The notes below the pieces were generated by a model. That model did no database searches. It saw only the letters and a program-made list of their open reading frames with translations, and was not told the origin of the DNA. Both the position numbers and the translations under genes were made by a program. From Macrostomum lignano (taxonomy: Eukaryota): a DNA stretch of 64,000 bases. The stretch lies in assembly GCA_002269645.1 (NCBI GenBank), contig NIVC01000178.1:98948-162947 (forward strand), given 5' to 3'. Of this stretch, positions 27,051 to 39,986 are shown one piece after another. Position 1 is the first letter of the stretch; each line of letters opens with the position of its first letter.

Positions 27051-27714
27051 TCGAGTTCAATCTAGACCAGAATACTCATTTAATATTGCTACGGAAACTC
27101 GATTTTATTTTTTGTAAATCACTTTTTAGATACGCTATTTTTCGCTTGCGTTTCATGCTACTCACTGCAAGTAGTTGTGCTTCATATGAATAATATACAA
27201 TGAAAGAGAATATAAAGGAGTTAACTGCTGCTAATTCTCATTTCTAATTTTGTTCAGCTAAAAAGTGATATTTTTACTTTTGAGTCTTAAAACTACTCAT
27301 GCATGCCCAGTGTGAGATATTGATAGCTTGTTATTTTCATGTAAAAATAACATACTTATTTTGCTTACTCAGTTCTGCCCAGCAGAATAAATGCTTTTTC
27401 GTTGAAAAAACCCTCCACTAAGCTATATTATAAATGAACAATTTAATTAAAAATTTTACAATATTTTAAATAGAAACTCATTTATATCAGTTCGTAATCA
27501 TTTTTTGCGCTGAATTCACATCGAAGCAAACACTTGTCTAATGTCAATCTTGTATGACTTTGTATGACTTCACTTTGTGATTTCGAATTGGAATATATGT
27601 AGATGCCATAAAATTAAGAAATCCAATAAAACTTTAATGAAGTTGGTGAAGGAGAATTTTAAGTTAACTAGAGCTGCATACCGCAGCCGCTTAATTAGGG
27701 GCTGCATCGGTTTG

Positions 27715-28480
27715 AAATGGCGCCACATCTCGAATGAAATGGCGCCACATCTCGAATGAAATGGCGCCACATCTCGAATGAAATGGCGCCACATCTCAAA
27801 TGAAATGGCGCCACATCTCGAATGAAATGGTGCCACATCTCAAATGAAATGGCGCCCCACCTCAAATGAAATGGCGCCCCACCTCAAATGAAATGGCACC
27901 CCACCTCAAATGAAATGGCGCCCACCTCAAATGAAATGGCGCCACATCTCGAATGAAATGGCGCCTCACCTCAAAAAAAAGGCGCCTCACCTCAAATGAA
28001 ATGGCGCCCACCTCAAATGAAATGACACCCCACCTCAATTGAAATGGCGCCCCACCTCAATCTCAATGAAATGGCGCCTCACCTCAAACGAAATGGCGCC
28101 ATATCTCAAATGAAATGGCACCCCACCTCAAATGAAATGACACCCCACCTCAATTGAAATGGCACCCAACCTCAATTGAAATGGCGCCACATCTCAAATG
28201 AAATGGCGCCACACCTCAAATGAAATGGCACCCCACCTGAATGAAATGACACCCACCTCAATTGAAATGACACCCCACCTCAATTGAAATGGCGCCACAT
28301 CTCAAATGAAATGGCGCCACACCTCAAATGAAATGGCGCCCCACCTCAAATGAAATGATGTCCTCCTGAATGAAATGGCACTCCTTGAATGACATGACGT
28401 CCCTTTGAATGAAAGGACGACCCCATAAATGAAATGGCGCCCCCTCACAAAAATGGCGCCTCTTAAATTAAACGGCGCCC
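27715..28480. repeat. ~22-bp minisatellite (GAAATGGCGCCACATCTCAAAT)n
   Basis: GGCGCC core; divergence increases to the right. Confidence 0.95.
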
Positions 28481-29234
28481 TCTAAAATGAAACTGTCAAG
28501 TTCTCCAGCGCAATCTAGAGCAAAAGTAACAAGAGACAGACAGTCAGTAAGGCCATAATTTCTGCTTTTAGATGCTTTTAGTAACAACAAAAGTGAAAAA
28601 TGGAATTCAAATGAAGCTACTTATTATTTTGGTCATATACTTCAGGACAACATCCTGTGCAACAATCTGGAATAATCAGCAAAAGTTTCACTCACGACAA
28701 AACAGCTGTAACACAGGAAAATCAAGCAAAAAAATCACGATTGAAAACAGCGCGAGTCGAAGCAGAAATATAATTAAAGAATTCCCGTCTTCCAACGATA
28801 AGATAAATAATAATGGGATAATTAATTTCATTTGAAGTCAATTCAGACACAGCAACAGGTGCGGATAAAGGAATCAAATTAAGTGCAACTGTAAGCATAG
28901 AAAAAAGCAATAAGGAAACGGAAGCTTTCAGGAAAACAGCGATAGCAAAAGTACATATTACCGTAGCAACCATGCAGCCGCAGGACAGCTTATTACAAAC
29001 AAAGATGGTAATAAATACAATCAGCTACTTAAGGTCGCAAATATCAAGGCAAAGGCGGTCAGAAAAAGGACACTGAACATCGAATGCAGAGAGTTCCAAA
29101 TACACAGCTGTGAACAGACTGGGGGTTGTTTTTTAAGCAGGGCGATAAATGTTTTACTTGAAGCAGAAAAAAACACAATGTAAGCAAATGCGAAAACCTA
29201 ATTAATTTAATAGCTGGATAATAACATTCTGCTG

Positions 29235-29820
29235 TCAGCCTGTCTAACAGCTAACAGCCGGTATGTCTACCAGCTGGTATCTAACAGCCGCTATCTCTAA
29301 CAGCCAGAATCTAACAGTCAGTATCTAACAGCCGGTATCTCTAACAGTCAGTATCTAACAGCCAGTATCTAACAGCCGGTATCTCTAACAGCCAGTATCT
29401 AACAGCCGGTATCTATAACAGGTAGTATCTAACAGCTGGTATCTCTAACAGGTAGTATCTAACAGCCGGTATCTCTAACATCCAGTATCTAACAGCCGGT
29501 ATCTAAAAGTCAGTATCTAACAGCCAGTATCTAACAGCCGGTATCTCTAACATCCAGTATCTAACAGCCGGTATCTAAAAGTCAGTATCTAACAGCCAGT
29601 ATCTAACAGCCGGTATCTCTAACATCCAGTATCTAACAGCCGGTATCTCTAAAAAGTAGTATCTAACAGCCGGTATCTCTAACAGGTAGTACCTACATGT
29701 AACAGCCGGTATCTCTAACAGGTAGTATCTAACAGCCAGTATCTATTCATAACAGCCGGTATCTCTAAAAGGCAGTATCTAACAGCCGGTATATCTAACA
29801 ATCAGTATCTATGATCTAAT
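29235..29820. repeat. 14-16-bp degenerate minisatellite (TCTAACAGCCGGTATC)n
   Basis: Alternating CTAACAG-based units. Confidence 0.92.
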
Positions 29821-30239
29821 ATCTAATAGCACTCTAACGGCAAAAAGGTCAGTAACCAACAGCCAAAGCAGACAGTATAAAACAGCCCTCTCTTACCTGC
29901 ATGTACATCACTGCAATATTTTGATGAAACCAGAACAAAAACTTGAACTATAATCCCGACATTGTCACATTTCATTCAGAATGATAGATATGACACGAAT
30001 AATTACTACACACAATCCAGTGTATAATAGAACAAACAGCGATATGCTACTTAAAAAAGTAGCATTTTAAGCGCGAGAAATTAATGCCTAAGCTCTTACA
30101 AGCCTTTGAAAACGGGATGACAAATACGAAATGACAATTGATATGGCAAACAACGACCATTATTGTGTTTTAAGGATTCGAGCGGTACACTGGGATGCTG
30201 TATTTTTCGGAATTGGGACTTGGAATTTTTCAGAGGATT

Positions 30240-30840
30240 ATAAGGGATTTGGGGATTTTTCAAGGACTATTAGGAATTTGGAGTTTTTTTTGAGGAATAT
30301 AGGGGATTTCGGGATTTTCTGGGATTAATAGGGATTTTTGAGGATTGTTAGGGATTCAGGGAATCTTGAGGATTATTGAGGATTTTTAGGGATTTGGGGA
30401 ATCTTTGAGGATTATTGAGGATTTTTAAGGATTTTTGAGAATATTTAGGGATTTGGGGAATCTTTGAGGATTATTGAGGATTTTTAAGGATTTTTGAGGA
30501 TTTTTGGGGATTTAGGGAATCTTTGAGGATTATTAGGGATTTTTGAGGATTGTTAGGGATTCGGGGAATCTTTGAGGATTATTAGGGATTTTTGAGGATT
30601 GTTAGGGATTCGGGGAATCTTTGAGGATTATTAGGGATTTTTGAGGATTTTTAGGGATTCGGGGAATCTTTGAGGATTATAGAGGATTTTTAAGGATTTT
30701 TGAGAATATTTAGGGATTTGGGGAATCTTTGAGGATTATTAGGGATTTTTGAGGATTGTAAGGGATTCCGGGAGTCTTTGAGAATTATTATTAATTCTGG
30801 TATTTTTTGAGGATTATAAGGGATCTGAGGATTTTTAGCG
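30240..30840. repeat. Degenerate GGATT-based repeat (GAGGATTATTAGGGATTTTT...)
   Basis: Low-complexity, strand-biased array downstream of the Ig gene. Confidence 0.85.
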
Positions 30841-31086
30841 GATTAGTGATGTGCGGATGTTTAGCAAATTGGGCATTTGGGAATTGGATAGAATTTTTGG
30901 GTTTTAAGCGTCATACAGATTTTGGGTTTAAGTTCAGTAGAGGAAATGGAATTAATAGGGATTTTATTGGGACAGGAAGAGGATTTTCAGTGTGACAAAC
31001 ATTAGCCTGAGACTCTACATGTGACTTTAACCAATAGCAAGGAGTTATTTAATTCCCCATCATCCGAAATCCCCAAACTTATAGCT

Positions 31087-34000
31087 CTACACCTGCGTGC
31101 CATTCCACTCGGAGCCGCCGTTCTCCGCCTCAGACTGATGATGCTGCTTGCCTCCGAGCAGCTGCCTCGACCCGCCGAGATGGTAGCCATCATCCTCCTC
31201 ATCGCTGGACTCGATCACGGTCTCGCCCAGTTCCCCATAGTAACGCATCCTATCCCGCACGCTGTGATGCGAAGACTTCGCCCCGGACAGCCTCCTGTAG
31301 CCGCTGCTGCCGCAGAAGCAGAGAAGCAGAGATCCGAGCAGAGCCAGGCTGGCCAGGACCCCAACAACTGCCAGAGCGATGGTCACGCCGTGCCGGTGAT
31401 GCGTCACCCAGGTCTTCACCCGGCCTGTGACGCTAGCGCCGTCCGGCTTGGGCGTGTCCGCAGCTGTCCGGTTGTGCAAGTTGAAGCCGATGGACTGCAG
31501 CAGCTGGTGGCTGCGGCCGCGGACTGAGTTGGTGGCCGAGCAGGTGTACGAGTAGTAGCCTGGCTTGGCACCTGTAGGCATGCTTAGCCTTGATCCGTTC
31601 ACCTGCAGGCTGCCGGCGCCTTGGATTTGCGTCCACCGGATGTCCGGTTCGGGCCGTCCGTCCGCCAGGCAGTCCAGATAGTCGCCGTGAAAGAAATTCT
31701 CGCGAAATGGCTCCATGCGGATGTTGCTCACCTGCGAGTTAGGGGCGGTGAATGGCCCGGGTTAGGGTGTGAATGGATCTGGTGATGGTGTGAATGGATC
31801 TGGATCAAGGTGTGAATGGGTCCGGGTCAGAGTGTAAATAGTCTGGATCAGGGTGTGAATGGGTCTGGGTGAGGGTGTGAACGGGTCTGGTTGAGGGTGT
31901 GAATTAATTCGGGTGAGGGTGTGAATGGATCTGGATCAAGGTGTGAATAGGTCTGGTTAAGGGTGTGAAAGATTCTGGGTGAGGGTGTGAATGTGTCTGG
32001 ATGAGGGTGTGAATGTGTCTGGATGAGGGTGTGAATGGGTCTGGGTGAAGGTGTGAATGTGTCTGGATGAGGGTGTGAATGGGTCTGGGTGAGGGTGTGA
32101 ATGTGTCTGGATGAGGGTGTGAATGGGTCTGGGTGAGGGTGTGAATAGTCTGGATCATGATGTGAATGTGTCCGGGTCAGAGTGTGAATGGCCTAGATCA
32201 GGGTGCGAATGTGTCCGGGTCAGAGTGTGAATGGCCTAGATCAGGGTGCGAATGTGTCCGGGTCAGAGTGTGAATGGCCTAGATCAGGGTGCGAATGTGT
32301 CCGGGTCAGAGTGTGAATAGTCTGAAGGAGGCTGTGAATGGGTCTGGATGAGGGTGTGAATGGGTCTGGATGAGGTTGTGAATAGGTCTGGGTGAGGGTG
32401 TGAATAGGTCTGGATGAGGGTGTGAATAGGTCTGGGTGAGGTTGTAAATGGGTCTGGGTGAGGGTGTGAATAGGTCTGGATGAGGGTGTGAATAGGTCTG
32501 GATGAGGTTTTGAATGGGTCTGGTTGAAGGTGTGAATAGGTCTGGATCAGGGTGTGAATGGGTCTGGGTGAGGGTGTGAATGTGTCTGGATGAGGGTGTG
32601 AATGGGTCTGGGTGAGGTTGTGAATGGTTCTGGGTGAGGATGTGAATGGGTCTGGTCTGAGTGAGGATGTGAATGGGTCTGGATGAGGGTGTGAATGGGT
32701 CTGGATGAGGGTGTGAATGGGTCTGGGTGAGGGTGTAAATGGGTCTGGATGAGGGTGTGAATGGGTCTGGGTGAGGTTGCGAATGGGTCTGGGTGAGGTT
32801 GTGAGTGGGTCTGGGTGAGGGTGTGAATAGGTCTTGGCAAGTTGTGAAAGGGTAAGTGTTAAATTGTTAATTAAACTGTAAACAGATCGATCTGAGTCAG
32901 GTCTGCGTGAAACCCACCGGAAACAGCGCATGGATAGCAGGACCCCGGGCCACCAATTGCGAAGTCCAGTTGCCAGCAGCAGCAGTCGTGTCCGCAGTTC
33001 CGTTGACATCAGCCGTCAGAGAGGCGGCCAACGCGCTGGGCGTGAGGCGGCACGCGAAACAGCCACCGTGATGAGAGTCTTCAATCTTCACTTTGACAAG
33101 CGAGCTCTTGAATATGGTGAACACCGTGTGATTGCCGGCGGAGATGGGTCCAGTCCAGGAGGCATTTGTGGCACCAGGGACTTCCTTCTCAGGTGCGCCT
33201 TGAGTTGCCGGGGCGAACGTGATCCGGATATCGCCTGCAGGCTTGCCTACGTTGGCGCTGCAGTTCACCTGCGGGGTGGCGGTTTGGTGGATCAGGCTGT
33301 GACCAATCACCATAGAGTGTGGATCAGGCTGTGACCAATCACCATAGAGTGTGGATCAGGCTGTGACCAATCACCATAGAGTGTGGGTCAGACTGTGACC
33401 AATCACCATAGAGTGTGGATCAGGCTGTGACCAATCACCATAGAGTGTGGATCAGGCTGTGACCAATCACCATAGAGTGTGGGTGAGACTGTGACCAATC
33501 ACCATAGAGTGTGGATCAGGCTGTGACCAATCACCATAGAGTGTGGATCAGGCTGTGACCAATCACCATAGAGTGTGGATCAGGCTGTGAACAATCACCA
33601 TAGAGTGTGGGTCAGACTGTGACCAATCACCATAGAGTGTGGGTCAGGCTGTGACCAATCACCATAGAGTGTGGATCAGACTGTGACCAATCACCATAGA
33701 GTGTGGGTCAGACTGTGACCAATCACCATAGAGTGTGATTCGAGATGTGACTATATTGTGGGCCAGGCTGTGACTAGGGTGTGGGTTAGAGACTGTGACC
33801 ATCCAGTGCGGTGTGTCAAGCTGGGTCAGGCTGGAACTAATCTCGAGGTCGAGAGTGCAACGGGTCAAGCCGCGAGTGTTCGGCATCTTACCGTTAAGAT
33901 ATCGCCAATGACAACCTCCAAATGGTCGCCAGGCTTGGGTGCAGCGCCATCGAACAGCAGCCCGGGAGCAGACGGCGGCTGCAGCGTCAGCAGTTGCTGG

Positions 34001-34422
34001 GCATTGCCAGGCAATTCTCCGTCAAGCGTGACGGCGTCGCAACGAAATCGGCCTTCGTCCAATTGCGACATGTTGAATCGAACAGTCAAGCTGGAACCGT
34101 TGAATACTAAATCCGGTCGGGTGTCCCAAGGACTTCGAAGCTTTTGCTTGCCACCGCCGGCCGTGAATACCTCCTGTCCAGCGGCCGCCGAATCCTCGGC
34201 ATTAAGGGGCAGTTTCACTAGTTTAATCATGAGTACATCGACGTGATTAATTACGCGACAGGTGATTTCGACGGGGCCGCCTAGTTGAGCAATGCCACCA
34301 GATGGCGAACTCATAACAGTTTTCAGCAGCTTCTCAGCCGTGGCATTGTTCGTTGGCTTTGCCTCTATTGCAGCTGTTATCAACAACAGGCCAATCATAA
34401 TCGCTAATTCAAAAGCGCGCAT
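31087..34422 (-). CDS. Immunoglobulin-superfamily type I membrane protein (signal peptide, 3 Ig-like domains, TM, cytoplasmic tail), 3 exons, ~508 aa
   Basis: complement(join(31087..31731,32918..33268,33892..34422)), both introns phase 0 GT-AG. Ig Cys pairs VEITC...DEGRFRC, TVNC...GCFAC and YLDC...YSYTC, with PEPDIRW. TM VTIALAVVGVLASLALLGSLLLCFC. Confidence 0.82.
31780..32830. repeat. 22-bp intronic minisatellite (GGGTGTGAATGGGTCTGGATGA)n
   Basis: Fills intron 2 of the Ig gene. Confidence 0.95.
33290..33735. repeat. 32-bp intronic minisatellite (GTGACCAATCACCATAGAGTGTGGATCAGGCT)n, ~14 units
   Basis: Fills intron 1 of the Ig gene up to the acceptor. Confidence 0.96.
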
Positions 34423-35899
34423 TTTGTTTTTTGTAGAATTTACTCGTAAATTTGCTGATTTTCTTTTTAAGAGTAATTTAGTTAGTCTAGGAATAATATA
34501 GATTAGAACGGTTCTTGTGCAGTGAGTGACTTGACTAGCATTTCAAATAAGTAATGGCGCTCTAGTCGGCCCTAAGTCGGGGTGGAGCTTTAAAATTCGC
34601 CTCCTATTCTTTGAAACTGCTGATTGGGGCTGGCTTGGTTTGGGGTTGGTTTGGCCTTCGCTGAGCGCGGTGAGGCGGGAGGGGTGTGGGTTTTATTGCC
34701 GGAACTGAAAACCCCCTCCCCCTGGTGAGAAATGGCTTGGATCGCCCCCCCCCCCCCTAGAGTGAGGAGTTGAAAACAATCCGACAAAACGCGGACGAAA
34801 GATAGCGCGGGGGTTGTGCTGACTAGTATTGGGGGTGGTGGCAGTGGATTTTGGGGGACGGGTGCCACACGCGCGCCGATCGGAAAATCGGAAAAACGCC
34901 CACCCCACCTCCTCCTGTTATAGTTGTACTGATTTTCCGACCGTTCCCCACCCCCCACACACACGCAACTTGGGTTAGGGGCCAAGAAGCAAGCAATGTA
35001 GTTATATTATCGACTGGCTCAGTCAGAGTCAACAGTGTTGTGATCGATTTGGATCGATCTATATCATACGATACAGTGTGGAATGAGTAGCAATGAACAC
35101 TGGATTTGTGCGTGAATAGCGTACAGGGACAGGGTTAGAATTTCAAGCCAAATCATTTTAGCGCCAACTGAATTCCGAAGAGCAATGGGGGCTGTGCATG
35201 CTTGTCATGCTGCCATGCAGCACATGGCAAAAATGATATCGATAGGGTAAGAAAAGCTTTATCTATACTAAGCAACATTGAAAAGTCGCCACCCTTTGCC
35301 CCAGTGAGCAGTGAGCAGTGTCTTTCGACCAGCGTTTATCACCTGGTCAATCATTTTTATATTTAAAAATGCTTGAAAAAAACTATGAAAACCGGGTGGA
35401 AGCTTCAAATCCATTCAATCTTCGCCCTCCGCTCTTCCCAATCCCACCTCATCCTCACCCAGCCCAACTCTGCGTCACGTGGCGCAGGTTGCGTCACTCA
35501 GAGAGTCAGAAGTCAATACTTTTGGCGACTATTTAATTGAGTATATATACCGTAGCGTAGCCACTGCTCTAGCATCTGCCTAATCTAGCCTGATGCATCA
35601 CAGGACATGGGATCCAGGGTTCCAGTAGTTAAATGCTCATGTACGAGTATGCAGTTAAATTTATTCAATTATATTTACTTACCGAAATATGAAATCTTTG
35701 TTAATTGGATTCAGACTGAGATTCGAGTTGGCCGAGAAATTTTTGGGTTCTTGGTAGGGAATTTATCTAGTTGAGAACTTCTTCGGGGTTTTCCTCGGCG
35801 GGAAAATTCTAGACTCAATGCTTGGAAAGGATATTTTAATAACGGGGCGTTTTATAAGCTGGATACCGTCATCTTGTTAGAAGGCGAAATCTTTTTGAA

Positions 35900-37250
35900 A
35901 AGTAATGTAGGCACGTACGTGGCCCCCACTTTTTTTTGCGCACACTCCCTTCGTGATGAGTCATCACGATGATTCATGCTTATCGCCCACTCACTCCTTT
36001 CTTTTGTTCGAACTCAGTCATGTGTGTGACAGTTTTACAACTCTCCCCAAGTTTTTTCCTGCCTTTTACGTAATCCCCCATCATTAATCATTTTTTCCAC
36101 TGCACCCACCCCAATTTCTCGTCCAATCACAGCGCGTATGGCGGGTGACGTCATCAGAGTTTCTTTTTAACGGAGGTCAAAGACAAGTCATGACCTTCAA
36201 TATCACAATCACGTTCACGTGATCGCGTCAGGTGTGATTTCAGGGCTCAAATAAAAGCCCGCTTTAAGCCCTGAGCAGCAACTCCCTCTCCTAACCTTTC
36301 CCCTCTCTCTCCCACCGTTTTAACCGTCCGTTCCTCCCGTGACACGTTTGAGTGTTGTCACTCTTCCTCTCTCAACTCTCGACGCGACACAACTTGATTT
36401 TAACCTTCTTTCTGACATGTCTCATCTGGAGTCCTGGACTGATCATCCGGGACTGCAACCGCCGCCGTGACCATCCGAAGACTGCACCGCGCCAAGCAGC
36501 CCTGACCGTCGGCCGCATCTGAAGGGTATTTTTCCTCTGTTGCGCTGCCCTTGGGTATCGTCAGCCCGGACTCCCTCCATTGCTCACCATCCCCTATATC
36601 CTTCAATCTTAAGCTATTATGTTCCAATAATTAACCAAACTGTCAGGGCCAAGTTTAGGACCAGTATAAATCAGGAAATTAGCTACTTTGAAGTATTCAA
36701 CTCGTTTGTTTCGGTCTGTTTACTTACGAGCGTATTTTTATTTCAACATGAGTCGTGCTATGAAATGTAAGTAGTGAGTGCGCCCGTCGCAGGGCATACA
36801 TAGAATGAAAGCTGAGGATCAGAGTGGAAAGATCATCGAGTATGAGCCAAATTCAACCAAATAATAGCAGTAACAATATACTTCTAAATAAGTCCACGTA
36901 GGATGTGCACCATAAGAGAGCTCTGGGACCTGCACTTCCTCATCCCCTACTGCAACAAACCCATCTAGGAGGAAAGAAATTAAAATGGCGTTACCTATTA
37001 TCCACCCTTGGAATCCTGCGGCTTCGGAGGGTATCGTAGTCTAGAATCGCTCACCAGCTAAAAAAGCCCCCCTAATCAGCACTGAATAGACTATCCTTGT
37101 ATGCCTCGCATTGAGTCCCTCAATCGGCCATTTCTAGTACAGTTGGGGTCAAGAACCTTCGTCTGTTTCAGACCCGGAGTCCCGTCTCGTTAGTGGGAGT
37201 TTTACCGGGGGTACTCATCCTGCACAGGTGACTGGTGGCCGCCAGTGACA
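35900..37250 (+). mobile_element. Possible solo-LTR-like segment
   Basis: CCAAT and TGACGTCA motifs at ~36120-36155, no credible ORF, and an end in GTGACA as typical of Gypsy LTRs. No matching 5' end with TSD found. Confidence 0.2.
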
Positions 37251-38367
37251 ATAGGGCTAGAAATTTCGAGCTAATTATGAAGTTTCGCAGTTGGAAGTTT
37301 CAAGCCTGTGAAATTTTGAGATTTAAAATTTTCGAGCTTATGAATTAGTTTCGATTACTGTCTTCGAATTTTGAATTTTAATTTCGACTTCATGAAATTG
37401 ACCCAGAGATCAGAGATGCTGAATTAGCAAAACTTAATACTATAAGTAGGAGATATGGAACGTTAAGGCCGAAAAAGCAGAGTTATTCTGTGTCATATTG
37501 TCCTTTATATTTGTACAACTTTCATAAAAGCAACAATTCAAGATAAGGGAGAACTATATGACTAAATTAGGACATGCTGCGTATCAAGGGATTGTCAGTG
37601 TCGCTGTATGCTCGATTTCCTATTTTGGACAAACTGCAGCTCACGATACTCCTAGCTGTATCCATATTTGGACTTAAGACACTGGAGAGTTGGAGACCGT
37701 AGAGGTTAGAAATGCGTATAATTGGCCAAATATAGTAATCGCTGCTCTCCAGACAATAGAGTGCACAGACACTGCAGAAGAGAGAATAAACAAGAGAGGT
37801 CTTACAGATTAGTTACTGCACAAAGTAGAAGGCAACATATAGTAGAGTTTATTAGAAAGTTTTAATCTTTTCCTCCTTTGTTGCTACCCAAAGAGGGGCG
37901 GCAAAGATTGCGAAGTTTATAATGCTCGAATCAATTTTAAAATGGAACTCTCTTTGGCAATCTTTGACCTCTGTGGAGCTTCTGTATGTACCTGCACTCT
38001 AGTATATGAATAGTGCAAATTAATCAACCGCTCTATTAGTTGAAAGATTGCGCTGCTCTGAGTCAGAAAATTGTTTCTCAGTGCGGTCATTTCCAGATAC
38101 GCGTCGGTCTGCACACAGGTCCAGGTCCCATAGCGTATAATATTGTACTGACAGAAGCAAATAATTGTCCACAGCGATGCAGTGTACTTACACTTCTGTA
38201 GCAGAATGAAAGGACGATAAGCATTGCTCTGCCTATAAATACAATTCCAAAAGGGAGAAACTGGATTCTGCTGTAATCCTAGAGAAGTCTGCAACAGCAT
38301 ATTCATAGCTACTCATAGCTAGTACGAGCTAGATATTGCCCTAGCTAAGAAATCCAGGTAGGCAGCC

Positions 38368-39986
38368 ATGCAAATTTTGGGCACGTCACTGGCAGTGCCA
38401 AACTGGTTGCTCTACTCAGCGCTCGCAGCAGCGGCCGCTTACGCCTACGGCGCCTGGCCCTATCGCTACTGGAAACGGCGAGGCATCCGAGGACCGCTGA
38501 TGCTGCCCTACCTTGAGGGCACCCTTGAGCTAGCCAAGATGAAGGACTTTCGCGACATGATGATGACGGAACTGCGCCGCTACGGCAGGGTCTACGGGAC
38601 CTACTTTATGCGCCAGCCCGTTCTGGTGGTCGCTGACCCCGAAATGGTCAAGCAGATCTGCGTCAAGCGAGCTGAAAACTTCATCGATCGCAGCACGTTC
38701 GGCATGGACTTCAGTCCGCTGAACAAGGGCGTCTTGATGCTGAAGGGCCAGGAGTGGAAGCGGGTGCGCAGCCTGCTGTCGCCCACCTTCAGCTCCGGCA
38801 AGATCAAGGCCATGTACCCGCTGATTGAGCAGTGCTCAAACCAGTTGTGCGCTAGTCTGCTAAAGGCGCCTGAGGAAACGGTTGACATTAAAAAGTACTT
38901 GATGAACTTCACGATGGATGCGGTGGCCTGTACAATGTTCGGACTACAGGTAAACGCTCAAGAAGACGAGAATAGCGAGTTTAAGAAGCACACTAATGAG
39001 GTGTTCAACATGAGCATGCGGAGCTGGAAGTTCTGGGCCCTCATTCTGTTTCCCCGTATCACGAAGCCGCTGTTCTGTCGATTCCGGATCTCCCTGTTCA
39101 AGATGGAGACGCTGGACTTCTTCCAGACGGTCATCAGCCAGGCGTTGCGAGAGCGCGAAGCCTCGGAGAACGCCGACAAGTACAGCGATTTTCTGGCCTC
39201 AATGGTTGAGGCACGGCGCGAGGCGGAGAGTCAGGTAAGCCAATTAATTGACTGGTCCAAATCGTTGCGAGTTCGGTGAGTAATTGGTGACTGAGCATCA
39301 GTTCCAGTCCAGCTGCTTGAATTTCCTTCCAGGGCCTGAAAGGGCTCACTGAGGAAGAAGTCATGGCCCAGTCGCTCACATTCTTCCTCGGCGGCCTGGA
39401 GACCACAGCCACCGCGTTGCAGTACTTGGCGTACTTCCTAGCCTTCAACAAACAATGCCAGGAGCGCGCGTATCTCGAAGTTATTGAGGCCCGGGACAAG
39501 CACGGTGGTACTCTGAGCTACGAATGCGTCCAGGGACTCAAGTATCTCGGCCACTGTATCGATGAGTCGATGCGAATGTGCCCACCAGTGATGATGTCGG
39601 ACAGAATCTGCACAGAGACCACCGTTGTGAACGGCTACGAGATCGAAAAGGACGTCCTGGCTCGAATCCCGATCTACACGCTGGCTCACGATCCCGAGCT
39701 GTGGGACGACCCGGAGACTTTCAATCCGGACAGATTCGACGAAGCGAACTCAGCCGAGCGGGACGCTGCGCGCCTCATCCCATTCGGCCTGGGACCTCGG
39801 GGCTGTATCGCGATGCGATTGGCGCAAGTAGAAATTCGCAAGGCCATGGCTGAGATGCTTCTGCGACTGGAGTTCAGCCCCGCTGATTGCACTGAGCCGT
39901 TCGAGAGACTTCAGTTCAAACTAGCGCCGGTCCTGACCACCAAGGAGCCAATCAGGCTGAGGGTGCGGCAAAGGGGGGAGCTGTGA
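38368..39986 (+). CDS. Cytochrome P450, clan 3 (CYP3A-like), 2 exons join(38368..39234,39333..39986), 506 aa
   Basis: N-terminal membrane anchor and Pro-rich hinge; WKRVR C-helix; FFLGGLETTATAL I-helix; ESMR K-helix; PETFNPDRF; heme motif PFGLGPRGCIAM. 98-bp phase-0 GT-AG intron. Confidence 0.95.

Noticed and set aside
28572-29110. Hydrophobic short ORFs on both strands (possible membrane protein)
   Set aside because: Interrupted by stops, no recognisable motif; hydrophobicity is explained by T-rich composition.
38601-39892. Antisense ORFs over the P450 (likewise over the Rab, LINE, Ig, ASCC2 and transposase frames)
   Set aside because: Shadow frames of GC-rich coding sequence with no independent motifs.
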